This document shows positions 1 to 9,029 of a stretch of DNA of 64,000 bases, piece after piece. Source of the stretch: Bdellovibrionales bacterium (GTDB lineage: Bacteria; Bdellovibrionota; Bdellovibrionia; Bdellovibrionales; UBA1609); contig CBDBIB010000003.1 in assembly GCA_965205945.1 (NCBI GenBank), forward strand, positions 352,001-416,000, written 5' to 3'. Below the pieces are notes generated by a model, which saw only the letters and a program-made list of their open reading frames with translations, did not search any database and was not told the DNA's origin. Each line of letters opens with the position of its first letter. Positions within the stretch are counted from its first letter, which is position 1. Both the position numbers and the translations under genes were made by a program.

Positions 1-293
1 GTGGTGTAGGCTTTATTCTTGAGATCATGCAAATTTGGTCAGAATGGCTTAGTGAAATGGGTTTTGATAGTGAGAGTGCAGATGAAATTACAAGAATAAG
101 TTTTTTAAGTGTTAGTAAAGCACTTAAAGCATCGAATAAAAGTTTTATGCAGATGCAAAATGATGTGACCTCAAAAAAAGGTGTAACCTTAGCAGGGCTT
201 AAGATGATGAGATCATCTGGTTTAGATGAAATCTTAAATAAGAGCTTTCAAGCAGCCCTTCGTAGAAGTAAAGAGCTTGAAGAGCTTATTTAA
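1..293 (+). CDS. proC: Pyrroline-5-carboxylate reductase, 3' part (5' end outside window)
   Basis: Frame is open from base 3 (GVGFILEIMQ...). VTSKKGVTLAGL resembles the ProC VTSPGGTT motif, and the protein ends AALRRSKEL like ProC. Confidence 0.8.
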   Translation, partial: GVGFILEIMQIWSEWLSEMGFDSESADEITRISFLSVSKALKASNKSFMQMQNDVTSKKGVTLAGLKMMRSSGLDEILNKSFQAALRRSKELEELI

Positions 294-335
294 AAATTCT
301 TTTTTAAAATGAAGAGTTAATTTTAGAAAAATATG

Positions 336-480
336 GCCTTGTAAAATAAATTGTGTAGCTACTTAACAGTAAACTAGGATTAAACATCCTTAAGTATGTT
401 TTTAAGAATTTATTTCTAGGGTGGGTAGGAAGCAGTTTTTTAAACCGTTGGTCCAAGTTAGATACTTATGTTTAACAACG
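336..480. repeat. Dispersed ~145-bp element starting with an IS256-family-like terminal sequence (copy A)
   Basis: Aligns along its length with 50098-50228 (shared CTACTTAACA.TAAACTAGGATTAA.CATC, TGGGTAGGAAG, AACAACG). Its first 27 bp match 50281-50307 at 25/27. Confidence 0.75.
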
Positions 481-559
481 TTCTTAAAAAAACATTTATT
501 GTTGTGTAGGTAAGTGTGCGATTTTAAAATCCGGATTTAAAAAGCTTTATGTAGTGGGA

Positions 560-1150
560 TTAATATTTAAATTGAGCCATACCTTCAGGTCCAAGGATAA
601 CAACTTTAAATTTTTGGGTAGATAAACTGTGTGTAGAAATAGGGAAGGTTATTAGATAAGGAGTACTCCAGGGGCTTAATTCAGGGAAATAGGCTTTATT
701 ATGGTATGAAATCTTTTTTCTAAGAGTAATAGTTCCTTTATACTCCATATTATGAACTTTTAAAATTACTTTCCAATCAGAGATGTCTTGATCAAGTTTA
801 TTTCTCTTTGTTTTAGGAGAATAAAAAGTTAGGAAGAATTCAGAATGTGTAGAAAGAAGGCTTTCTTTTTTACTTTTAAATTTAAGAGCTTCGTTAGGAG
901 TCCAGTTTTTAAATTGGCTTTTAATTCTTAAATTATTGTCTTGGATATTTTTATTTAAGAAAGTGAGTTCAGCTTCGAACAAAAGGTAGAGGCCATCATA
1001 CTGTTGTTGTTTTTTTGTCTGCCTTCTAATCATTCGTTTTTGTTTGGATAGTGTTAAGGGGCGCCAATCATCTGTAAGTTTCGTATTTATAGGGCTGTGA
1101 TTGCAGGATGACAATAGTATGCTGATTAAAAATAGGCTAAAAATTTGCAT
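560..1150 (-). CDS. Hypothetical lipoprotein
   Basis: 196-aa ORF with lipobox LLSSC; overlaps the upstream hydrolase gene, suggesting an operon. Confidence 0.7.
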   Translation of the reverse strand: MQIFSLFLISILLSSCNHSPINTKLTDDWRPLTLSKQKRMIRRQTKKQQQYDGLYLLFEAELTFLNKNIQDNNLRIKSQFKNWTPNEALKFKSKKESLLSTHSEFFLTFYSPKTKRNKLDQDISDWKVILKVHNMEYKGTITLRKKISYHNKAYFPELSPWSTPYLITFPISTHSLSTQKFKVVILGPEGMAQFKY

Positions 1151-1976
1151 TTAAAAACTCCTTTATTTTAGAAATAGCAGCTTCTTTTTGAATATCATTT
1201 AACACTTCATGCATGGAATTATCAAAGAAAACAATTTGAGATCGATTTTTTAATAATTTAAAAGCATGATTTCCATCACAAACAGAATCCTTCGGGGATA
1301 AAAGAGATAAGGTTGGAATTTTTGTAGGGTGTTTTATCAACCTTTTTGTAAGTTCTATTATTCCTAAGAATAGGCGAGGTGAAATTTTAGAGTGTCTTAT
1401 GGGGTCGGCTTTATATATTTTTAAATACTCTAAATCTGATGAAAGTTGTTCGGGTGAGATTTCATTTTCAAGAGTGAGTCTTGGAGCAACTTTAGCTAGG
1501 AACTTAGAGCCAGTGGTTTTCCATTTAGAGGGGGTAAAATTAAGTTTTGTACAAGGATTTGAAAAAATGAGCCCCTTTATATCTAAGGTATTAAAAACTT
1601 TTTCTTGCTCAGCACTTAGAGTAATAAGTCCTCCAAGAGAATGACTTAGTAAAAACAAAGGTTTTTTTGACTCTGTAGATAGGAGTTTTAAAAGTTTAGT
1701 AAGGTCTTTAATAAACCATTGTATGTCTCCAACATAGCCTCTTTGACCACTGGATTTTCCGTGTCCAGCTAAATCCCAAGAAACAACATCAATAGGAAGC
1801 TCTGAGGAAAGGTCGTTACTAATATGATTATAGGCGTCAGAGTGTTCACCAAGTCCATGAGTGATAATTAAAAGAGCCTTTGAGTGGCCTTGTTGAGAGT
1901 GGTATTTTTGATAGAATAATTGTCTTTGTTTGTCACTACTTTGAAAAAAATGAGTAGTGTTATTAGATAAGGTCAT
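1137..1976 (-). CDS. Alpha/beta hydrolase (lysophospholipase/monoglyceride lipase-like)
   Basis: HGLGEH, DLAGHGKS-GQRG, nucleophile elbow SHSLGG, C-terminal HEVLND. Confidence 0.9.
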   Translation of the reverse strand: MTLSNNTTHFFQSSDKQRQLFYQKYHSQQGHSKALLIITHGLGEHSDAYNHISNDLSSELPIDVVSWDLAGHGKSSGQRGYVGDIQWFIKDLTKLLKLLSTESKKPLFLLSHSLGGLITLSAEQEKVFNTLDIKGLIFSNPCTKLNFTPSKWKTTGSKFLAKVAPRLTLENEISPEQLSSDLEYLKIYKADPIRHSKISPRLFLGIIELTKRLIKHPTKIPTLSLLSPKDSVCDGNHAFKLLKNRSQIVFFDNSMHEVLNDIQKEAAISKIKEFLNANF

Positions 1977-2000
1977 AAGGTGTAGGATCCTTTGCTGCTC

Positions 2001-2318
2001 TTAAATTAGAGGGTTTGTTAAAATAAAATTGTTACTAATTAATGTTTTTAGCAGTTTATTGTTTTTAAGAGAACTATCTATGCTGTAGTGACAATCTAAG
2101 CCTTTAAGTTGGGTTAAAATAACCTTGAAGCGTTGTTTTGAAAAGAAACTTCTTAAAATGCTTAAAGAGGCAATGTTTTTTTTAGCCAATTCATATGCAG
2201 CCACAAGATCAACTAGCCTTAAACCTATGGTAATAAGTTGTTTGGTGTTTTTTTTCATATGAGGAGTATACATTAAAAGTTTAGATTTATAATCTCTTTC
2301 AATTCCTTGCGTCAGCAA
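2001..2318 (-). CDS. Hypothetical protein (start uncertain)
   Basis: 105-aa ORF co-directional with the hydrolase; no recognisable motif. Confidence 0.35.
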   Translation of the reverse strand: MLTQGIERDYKSKLLMYTPHMKKNTKQLITIGLRLVDLVAAYELAKKNIASLSILRSFFSKQRFKVILTQLKGLDCHYSIDSSLKNNKLLKTLISNNFILTNPLI

Positions 2319-2362
2319 GGTTTTAATCGTTATGATAAGAGAGGGTTGTTGGAGGGGCTATT

Positions 2363-3451
2363 ATGTTTAAAAAAATAGTTATTTTTATGTTTGGAATGTT
2401 TTTTTTAAGTACAGCATGGGTGGGTGTTACTTCTTTTGTCAAAAAACAGTATGAAATAGTCCAAAATGAAAATTTACCGGTAAAATTCAATTTAATGCAG
2501 TCTCGCTGGGAAAGGCTGTCTAGTTTTAACGTAAATTTATCAAAAGAGCTTAAAAAACCAGCTGAGTTTTTATTAAGGTTCTCAGGTTTGGATTTGAATT
2601 TAGTAGAGTCTAAGTTGAGTGAGGGGCTAGATGGTGATTTTTATTTGGCGGTGAAGAGGGCATATTTAGATGTAGGCAGGAAATCTTCATTTTTTACTCT
2701 AAACTTAAAAGAAAAAGGTAGGTATTTAGTAAGAGTGATTAACATTGATGCTGATGTAGAGATTGTTGGTTTTGAACTAGATTCGGTTTTAAATTATTTA
2801 AGGCAGGGGCTTGAGCAAAACGAGTGGTTTCTTGTGGATGGGAAAAAAAGAGTCATGGCCTCTGATGAGAAGGCTTATGTTGGTAAGTCTCATAATATGG
2901 GAGATTTATATGAGAAATATCCATTTACGGTGTTGGGTGAAATTTATACGTTTGCAGTTTTAAGGCCAAAGAGCGTAAGTTTTGCATTTATAAATTTCAT
3001 GGGTATTTTAGGAATATTTCTTATTTTAATAGCTCTTTATTTTTATACTGGGCGCGGTAATGGCAAGCAGGCTTTAGTAAGTAGAAATGAGGATTTTTTA
3101 AAAGCCATAGAAACAGAGCCTTTAAAGCATAATGCCTTTAATGAATCTAAAGATGAAAGGGTTTTTTTAGACAATGATGTTTTTAAAGATGTACGAATGG
3201 TAGATTTAACAAGTAAGAAGGACCAATCAGAGTTAGACTATACAGAATTTCTAACAGACAATCCAATTTTAGGGCAAGCTTCTAAAGAAGAAACTATTTT
3301 AAAGGCAGCCACTGTTGTAACGAAGGCAGAAAAAGCTGAAAATGCGAGCTTTGATGAGTGGGTAAAACTAGCTGAAGAGCTTAGCGAAAATATTGATAAA
3401 TTTACACAAGATTTAGAAAAAGATAAAGGTTTAAAGGAGAGTAAAACCTAG
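2363..3451 (+). CDS. Hypothetical membrane protein (N-terminal anchor, extracytoplasmic domain, TM helix, acidic tail)
   Basis: GGAGG RBS and two hydrophobic segments in a 362-aa ORF. Confidence 0.75.
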   Translation: MFKKIVIFMFGMFFLSTAWVGVTSFVKKQYEIVQNENLPVKFNLMQSRWERLSSFNVNLSKELKKPAEFLLRFSGLDLNLVESKLSEGLDGDFYLAVKRAYLDVGRKSSFFTLNLKEKGRYLVRVINIDADVEIVGFELDSVLNYLRQGLEQNEWFLVDGKKRVMASDEKAYVGKSHNMGDLYEKYPFTVLGEIYTFAVLRPKSVSFAFINFMGILGIFLILIALYFYTGRGNGKQALVSRNEDFLKAIETEPLKHNAFNESKDERVFLDNDVFKDVRMVDLTSKKDQSELDYTEFLTDNPILGQASKEETILKAATVVTKAEKAENASFDEWVKLAEELSENIDKFTQDLEKDKGLKESKT

Positions 3452-3479
3452 AGTTTAATTTTTTATTGAGGTTAAGTAG

Positions 3480-4943
3480 TTGAAATTATCCATCGGTCTT
3501 TTGACAGATTTAGAGCACCAAACATTGGGTGCTTTTTTGTTGCAGTTAGATTGTGAGATTAGAATTTATTCTAATCTTACCGGATTTTTATCAGATATAA
3601 TCTCACATAAGTTTGACTTGATTTTTATTGGAGAGAGTTTTTTAAAAAGCAAAGAAGACTATGAAAGGTTAAGGCTAGAGTTAGGCCGAATTCCAAGAGT
3701 AAGGGTTATTTTTGCAGTTGATTCGATTAAGCTTTTTAAACTTTCACATTCAGGGTTAGTACACTCTGAGGACTATAATGCTATTAAGAAAATTTTAGAA
3801 GAAACAAAAAAAATAAACCAACAAAGCTCCATGGATGATCAAGCAGTTCATTTAAATGATGATGAAGAGGTAATAGAGATTCTTGAAGAGCAGACTATTG
3901 ACTCTAATTTTGAAAAGATAACAGAAGCCACGCTAAAGATTAAAAGGTGTAATTCCATAGATGAAATTGGTGTTGCTCTAGTGGATTCTTTAAAGACTGT
4001 AGTTAAAGGTGAACGAAGGGGGCTGTTTTTAAAATATTTACCAACATATTGTAGCTTGGTAGTGTTGTCAGGGTTTAATTTTTCAACTAAAAAAATCAAT
4101 GGAATAGGTCTAAATTTTTCTAGTTCTAAAGAATTTAAAGCTGAGCAGCATTTGTCGCAGTTAAAATTTGTGCCAGCTTTTAATAAAGTAGTTGAGAAAA
4201 TTTTTAATCATACAAATATAGAGATTAAAACATTAGAGGTTGATAGAGAGGTTAAAGGTGTTTTGGTCTATGAACTGCCTGCAAAAGGCAGTGTTGATGG
4301 CGATCTACATTTGCTGTGTGATTATGCAGAAGCCTGTTTATCTGCAGTCATATATAAACATAAGTATTTACAGAATAAAATAAATGATGATTTAACAGGG
4401 TGTATTTTAAGGGAAGGCTTTTTTAATCAATTGCAAAATGAAATTATGAGAGCAAAGAGAGTTTTTTTACCTGTTACAGTTATGCTTTTTGAAATTGATG
4501 GGTTTTATGGGGTTAAGGCAAAATATAATGAGGAAAGGGTTAAAACCTTAATTAAAAGTTTTCCACAACTTTTAAAAGAAAGTATAAGGCATAATGATTT
4601 GGTGGGAAGAATTGGGGAGTGCAAATTTGCAGTTTTATTTCCTTATATGTCTACAAAGGCAGGTCTTATAAAGGCAGGTAAAATGTCAAAAAAAATTGCT
4701 CAGACTAAATTTTTTAATGATATGAAGACTAAATTGATTTGTTCAACATCAATTGTTTTAGGTACTTATCCTTCTCAAGTATCCTCTGCCGATGAGCTAA
4801 TTTCATCTTTAGAGTCGACTATGCTACATAGGGAATCCTCAGGTACAACAATGGTTTTAAAAATTAAGCCAGGGTTTAAGAAAGATTTTGAGGAGATGAG
4901 TTTGCCGGTTTCTAGAATGAATAAAAAAAAGGTAGAGGTATGA
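3480..4943 (+). CDS. Degenerate GGDEF-domain protein with receiver-like N-terminus
   Basis: DDLTGC...EIDGF...RHNDLVGRIGECKFAV: GGDEF fold with the active site degenerate and the RxxD I-site retained. Confidence 0.85.
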   Translation: MKLSIGLLTDLEHQTLGAFLLQLDCEIRIYSNLTGFLSDIISHKFDLIFIGESFLKSKEDYERLRLELGRIPRVRVIFAVDSIKLFKLSHSGLVHSEDYNAIKKILEETKKINQQSSMDDQAVHLNDDEEVIEILEEQTIDSNFEKITEATLKIKRCNSIDEIGVALVDSLKTVVKGERRGLFLKYLPTYCSLVVLSGFNFSTKKINGIGLNFSSSKEFKAEQHLSQLKFVPAFNKVVEKIFNHTNIEIKTLEVDREVKGVLVYELPAKGSVDGDLHLLCDYAEACLSAVIYKHKYLQNKINDDLTGCILREGFFNQLQNEIMRAKRVFLPVTVMLFEIDGFYGVKAKYNEERVKTLIKSFPQLLKESIRHNDLVGRIGECKFAVLFPYMSTKAGLIKAGKMSKKIAQTKFFNDMKTKLICSTSIVLGTYPSQVSSADELISSLESTMLHRESSGTTMVLKIKPGFKKDFEEMSLPVSRMNKKKVEV

Positions 4944-6007
4944 ATCCAGTTTTATGGATAAATCAAGATAATTTAGTTAAAAATTTTAATTTCATTAAAA
5001 ATAAAACAGAATCAACATTTATATGCCCAATGGTTAAGGCAAATGCATATGGGGTGGGTGATACGCTTGTCGTAGGAACATTATTAGAGGTTGGAGCAAA
5101 ATATTTTGGAGTTGCTCGAGTTTTTGAAGGTGAAAAATTAAGGCGCTTTTTTCCCAATAAGAAATTTGAAATTTTGGTGTTCAATACTCTTTATAAAGAC
5201 TCTATAAAATCCTATGCTGAAAGTGGTTTAACTCCAGTTGTGGGTAGTGGCAGTGACTTAGGTCTTTTAAAAGAACTTTCAGTAAAGAATTTAAAAAAAA
5301 TAGGTAATGTTCATTTAAAATTTGATTTAGGTATGTCTAGATTCGGGTTTAAATTAAAGGATATGTCTCAAGTATGGGAGGCTATAAAAAGTCTAGGGCT
5401 TAATATTCAAGGTGTATGTGGACACTTTCCTAATAATAAAGATTCTTTACAAGAAGAGAGGCTTTTAAACGATTTAATCAAGTGTGCTTTTAAGGCAGGG
5501 GTTTCTAAACAAAATGTCCACGCCCTTAATTCTACAGCTATTCAAGGAGATAAGTTTCAAGTAGGTTTAAGGCCGGGCATTAGCCTTTATGGAGTGAGTC
5601 AAATAAAAGAGAGTGGGTTAAAGGGAGTCTTAAGGCTCACATCTCCTGTGGTGTCTTTTAACAGCCTTTTTCGTGGAGATAGGGTTTCTTATGGAGGAAC
5701 ATGGAAAGCAAAGGGGCCTGTAAGAATTGGCATTCTGCCCATTGGTTACGCAGACGGCTTGCGAAGGGGCCTTTCAAATAGGATAAAGTTTGTTTTAAAG
5801 GAAAGTGTTTATTCTCAAGTAGGAGAGATTTGTATGGACTATTGTATGGTGAACTTAGGAAATGGAGGAAACTTAAGGCAAGGTGATAAGCTTATTTTAT
5901 TTGATGAAACTTATTTAAGCCTTTTTGAGTGGGCAAAAATATTAAATACGATTCCTTATGAGCTGTTAACAGGATTAGGTGATCGTATTGAGCGAAGGAT
6001 TTTTTAG
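4940..6007 (+). CDS. alr: Alanine racemase
   Basis: VKANAYG PLP-lysine motif, HLKFDLGMSRFG, RPGISLYG, GYADG, ICMD, TIPYE. Confidence 0.95.
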   Translation: MNPVLWINQDNLVKNFNFIKNKTESTFICPMVKANAYGVGDTLVVGTLLEVGAKYFGVARVFEGEKLRRFFPNKKFEILVFNTLYKDSIKSYAESGLTPVVGSGSDLGLLKELSVKNLKKIGNVHLKFDLGMSRFGFKLKDMSQVWEAIKSLGLNIQGVCGHFPNNKDSLQEERLLNDLIKCAFKAGVSKQNVHALNSTAIQGDKFQVGLRPGISLYGVSQIKESGLKGVLRLTSPVVSFNSLFRGDRVSYGGTWKAKGPVRIGILPIGYADGLRRGLSNRIKFVLKESVYSQVGEICMDYCMVNLGNGGNLRQGDKLILFDETYLSLFEWAKILNTIPYELLTGLGDRIERRIF

Positions 6008-6010
6008 TAT

Positions 6011-6805
6011 ATGAAATTATATTTTAACTCTGTTTTTGAAAAGCGAGTTTTAGAACCTGTTCAGGTTGCAGGACAATTTTACTTATTTTCAGTTAAAGCA
6101 CTAAAATCCATTTTCACTAAACCTTTTAGATATAATGAAATTCTTAAGCATATAGATTTTGTTGGGAATCAGTCTATTGGAATTATAGTATTAACAGGAG
6201 TTTTTACAGGGCTGGCATTAAGTTTTCAAATTTGGATTGGGTTTAATCTTCTTGGAGCAGCAGATTTAGTTGGACCAACAGTTGCTTTAGCAATTACTCG
6301 AGAAATAGGGCCTGTTTTAACAAGCTTAGTTATTTCTGCTAGAGCAGGTGGGGCAATGGCAGCACAGCTTGGAACCATGAGAGTTTCTGAGCAGATTGAT
6401 GCCTTAGAGGTCATGGGAGTAGAGCCGATTCAATATTTAGTGGGTCCACGGGTTGTTGCAAGTGTTTTGGCTACACCCTTACTGTGTGCAGTTTTTGATT
6501 TTATGGCTATGGTGGCATCATATTTTTTAAGTGTGAATTTTCTTGGCTTAGATGAAGGTGTTTATTGGGAGCGCATACGACTTTGGGTACAGCCGTCATA
6601 TGTTTATGAGGGTCTGGTTAAAACTGCAATATTTGGTCTATTTTTTGGACTTTTTTGCACATTTAGAGGCTTTACCACAAAAGGCGGGGCTAGAGGGGTT
6701 GGAGAGTCTACAAATAGAGGAGTTGTGGTCAGTATGGTTATGGTGATTGTACTGGATTATTTTGTATCTAATTTTATTAGGTTTTATAATTTAATGAGGG
6801 GTTGA
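6011..6805 (+). CDS. mlaE: MlaE-family ABC permease
   Basis: REIGPVLT, LGTMRVSEQIDALEVMG, GGARGVGESTN. Confidence 0.95.
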   Translation: MKLYFNSVFEKRVLEPVQVAGQFYLFSVKALKSIFTKPFRYNEILKHIDFVGNQSIGIIVLTGVFTGLALSFQIWIGFNLLGAADLVGPTVALAITREIGPVLTSLVISARAGGAMAAQLGTMRVSEQIDALEVMGVEPIQYLVGPRVVASVLATPLLCAVFDFMAMVASYFLSVNFLGLDEGVYWERIRLWVQPSYVYEGLVKTAIFGLFFGLFCTFRGFTTKGGARGVGESTNRGVVVSMVMVIVLDYFVSNFIRFYNLMRG

Positions 6806-7572
6806 TGAAAGCGGCAATTAAGATTATTAACTTAAAAAAAACATTTGATGGTGGCCATGATTTTGTTCTTAAAGGTATCAATTTATCAATACCAAAAGGA
6901 GCTATTACTATGATTATTGGTTTTAGTGGAACAGGAAAATCTGTTTTAATGAAGCATATGTTAGGTTTAATGGAGCCTACAGAGGGAAGTGTTCAAGTAC
7001 TTGGTAAAAGTCTTAACGAAATGACAAGAGCTCAAAAACTTAAGCTTCGTACTAATTTAGGTGTCATGTTTCAACACTCAGCACTTTTTGATGACATGAC
7101 GGCATTAGAAAATGTTATTTTCCCAATGTTTGAGCATAGAAAAGACCTTACAAGAAAGGAAATGACAAGGCTTGCCGGAATTAAGTTAGAACAGGTAGGG
7201 TTTGATAAGAAGCATTTTGATAAGTTGCCTTCACAGATGAGTGGAGGGATGAGAAAAAGAGTGGGGCTTGCAAGAGCGTTGTCTTTAGACCCTGAAATTT
7301 TGTTGTATGATGAGCCTACAACAGGGTTAGACCCTGTCTTAACACATATGGTAGATGGTTTAATATATGATACACACAATTTTAAAAATGGACATACCTC
7401 TGTTGTGATTTCTCACGATTTGCATGCAGCGTTTCGTATTGGAGATTACGTTGTTATGCTTCATGATGGAAAAGTTTTAAAGCAAGGTACGTCAGAAGAA
7501 TTTTTAAAATCATCGGACCCATTTATACAAAAATTTGTAAGCATGGGTGTAAGGAAACAAAAGAATGTTTGA
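6802..7572 (+). CDS. mlaF: MlaF-family ABC ATPase
   Basis: GFSGTGKS, FQHSALFD, MSGGMRKRVGLARAL, YDEPTTGLDP; lies between mlaE and mlaD. Confidence 0.93.
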   Translation: MMKAAIKIINLKKTFDGGHDFVLKGINLSIPKGAITMIIGFSGTGKSVLMKHMLGLMEPTEGSVQVLGKSLNEMTRAQKLKLRTNLGVMFQHSALFDDMTALENVIFPMFEHRKDLTRKEMTRLAGIKLEQVGFDKKHFDKLPSQMSGGMRKRVGLARALSLDPEILLYDEPTTGLDPVLTHMVDGLIYDTHNFKNGHTSVVISHDLHAAFRIGDYVVMLHDGKVLKQGTSEEFLKSSDPFIQKFVSMGVRKQKNV

Positions 7573-8968
7573 AAAGCCTGGATTAAAAGTTGGAGCTTTA
7601 TTTATAGCAAGCTTTTTACTTGTTGGTTATATGTCAATGAAAGTTACTAAAGGAATGGGTCTGTTCACTGTTAGTGAACAGTATAACGTTACTGTTAATA
7701 ATGCCACAGGAATTATTCCAAATACAGCAGTTAAAATGGCAGGTGTTAAAATTGGTATTGTTAAAGATATTAAATTAAAAGACGGAAAAGCAATTCTAAC
7801 TTTAGCAATACGCTCAGGGCTAGGGTTGTCGTCATCTTCTTATGTTAAGTTAGAAATAGATGGAATTTTAGGAAGCAAGCATATTGCTATTTATAATGGA
7901 AAGTCTAAAGGTCTGCCTTTAAAGTCAGGGGATTTTTTAAATACGGTTGCAAGTGCAGATTCTATGAATGACGTTTTGTCAGAAGTAGGTAGAGTAGCAA
8001 TTTCTTTAAATGAAATTGCACAAGCTATTAAAGAAGCTACAATTACAGGAACTGCTCAAACTCCAGTGGGAAGAATTATTACAAATTTAGAAATTCTAAC
8101 AGCTAATTTAGTGGATGTTTCTTCTGTAAATGGAGGAAAGGTCAATTCAATTGTTGATAAAGTTGATGGGATCACAGAAACATTAGAGTCTATAATGGGT
8201 AGGGACTCAAAAGAACGTGTTAATGAGGCTTTTGATAAAGCCCTTAATAGCTTAGGAAAATTTGATGAATCTTTAAAAAATGTATTATCAATTACAGATA
8301 AGATAGATAGGGGAGAAGGGACTATTGGTCGTCTTATTAACGATGAAACAACCGTAGAGGGTATAAACAAAACTGTTGAGAATTTAAATACACTTCTTGG
8401 AGGTGTAAGAACAATAAGAACTAGTTTTGATTATCACTCCGAATTTTTAACAAAAAACAATGATGTCAGATATTTTTTAGGCTTAAAGCTTCAACCTGGA
8501 ACTGACCGTTATTATGAAATTGCAGCAATCCAAGATAAGTTTGGATTAAATAAGAAAAAAAGAATTATACGAGAAGGCTCTCAAAAAGATGATTATATCG
8601 AGGAAATCACTTACGATAATAAAGTGAAAATAACAGCTCTTTTAGCAAAAAACTTTTATAACTTTACTTTTAAAGGTGGACTTATTGAGGGTGAAGGTGG
8701 GTTTGGTGTAGACTATACTACATTTAATAAAAAATTAAGATTGTCGACTGAATTTTTTAACTTTAGTGGAAATGATAAGGGTGAAAAAGTTAATATAAGG
8801 TTTGTGGCAAGGTATGATTTTTATAGAGGCCTTTATTTAATTGGAGGCTACAATGATATATTAAATGGCGCTGTTGTTGGTAGACAGGTTTTAAGCAGTC
8901 CATTTGTTGGAGGAGGCTTGTTTTTAACAAATGATGATCTTGCAGCCTTGGCATCGTTTGCTTTGTAA
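7565..8968 (+). CDS. mlaD: MlaD/MCE-family protein with helical region and C-terminal beta-rich domain
   Basis: N-terminal TM, MCE motif VKMAGVKIGIV...GILGSKHI, GEGTIGRLIND. Confidence 0.9.
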   Translation: MFEKPGLKVGALFIASFLLVGYMSMKVTKGMGLFTVSEQYNVTVNNATGIIPNTAVKMAGVKIGIVKDIKLKDGKAILTLAIRSGLGLSSSSYVKLEIDGILGSKHIAIYNGKSKGLPLKSGDFLNTVASADSMNDVLSEVGRVAISLNEIAQAIKEATITGTAQTPVGRIITNLEILTANLVDVSSVNGGKVNSIVDKVDGITETLESIMGRDSKERVNEAFDKALNSLGKFDESLKNVLSITDKIDRGEGTIGRLINDETTVEGINKTVENLNTLLGGVRTIRTSFDYHSEFLTKNNDVRYFLGLKLQPGTDRYYEIAAIQDKFGLNKKKRIIREGSQKDDYIEEITYDNKVKITALLAKNFYNFTFKGGLIEGEGGFGVDYTTFNKKLRLSTEFFNFSGNDKGEKVNIRFVARYDFYRGLYLIGGYNDILNGAVVGRQVLSSPFVGGGLFLTNDDLAALASFAL

Positions 8969-9029
8969 AGATAATATATTAAAGAAAGTAGCCTATTTTT
9001 AACAGATTAAGGTAAGTTTTTAAAAAACT

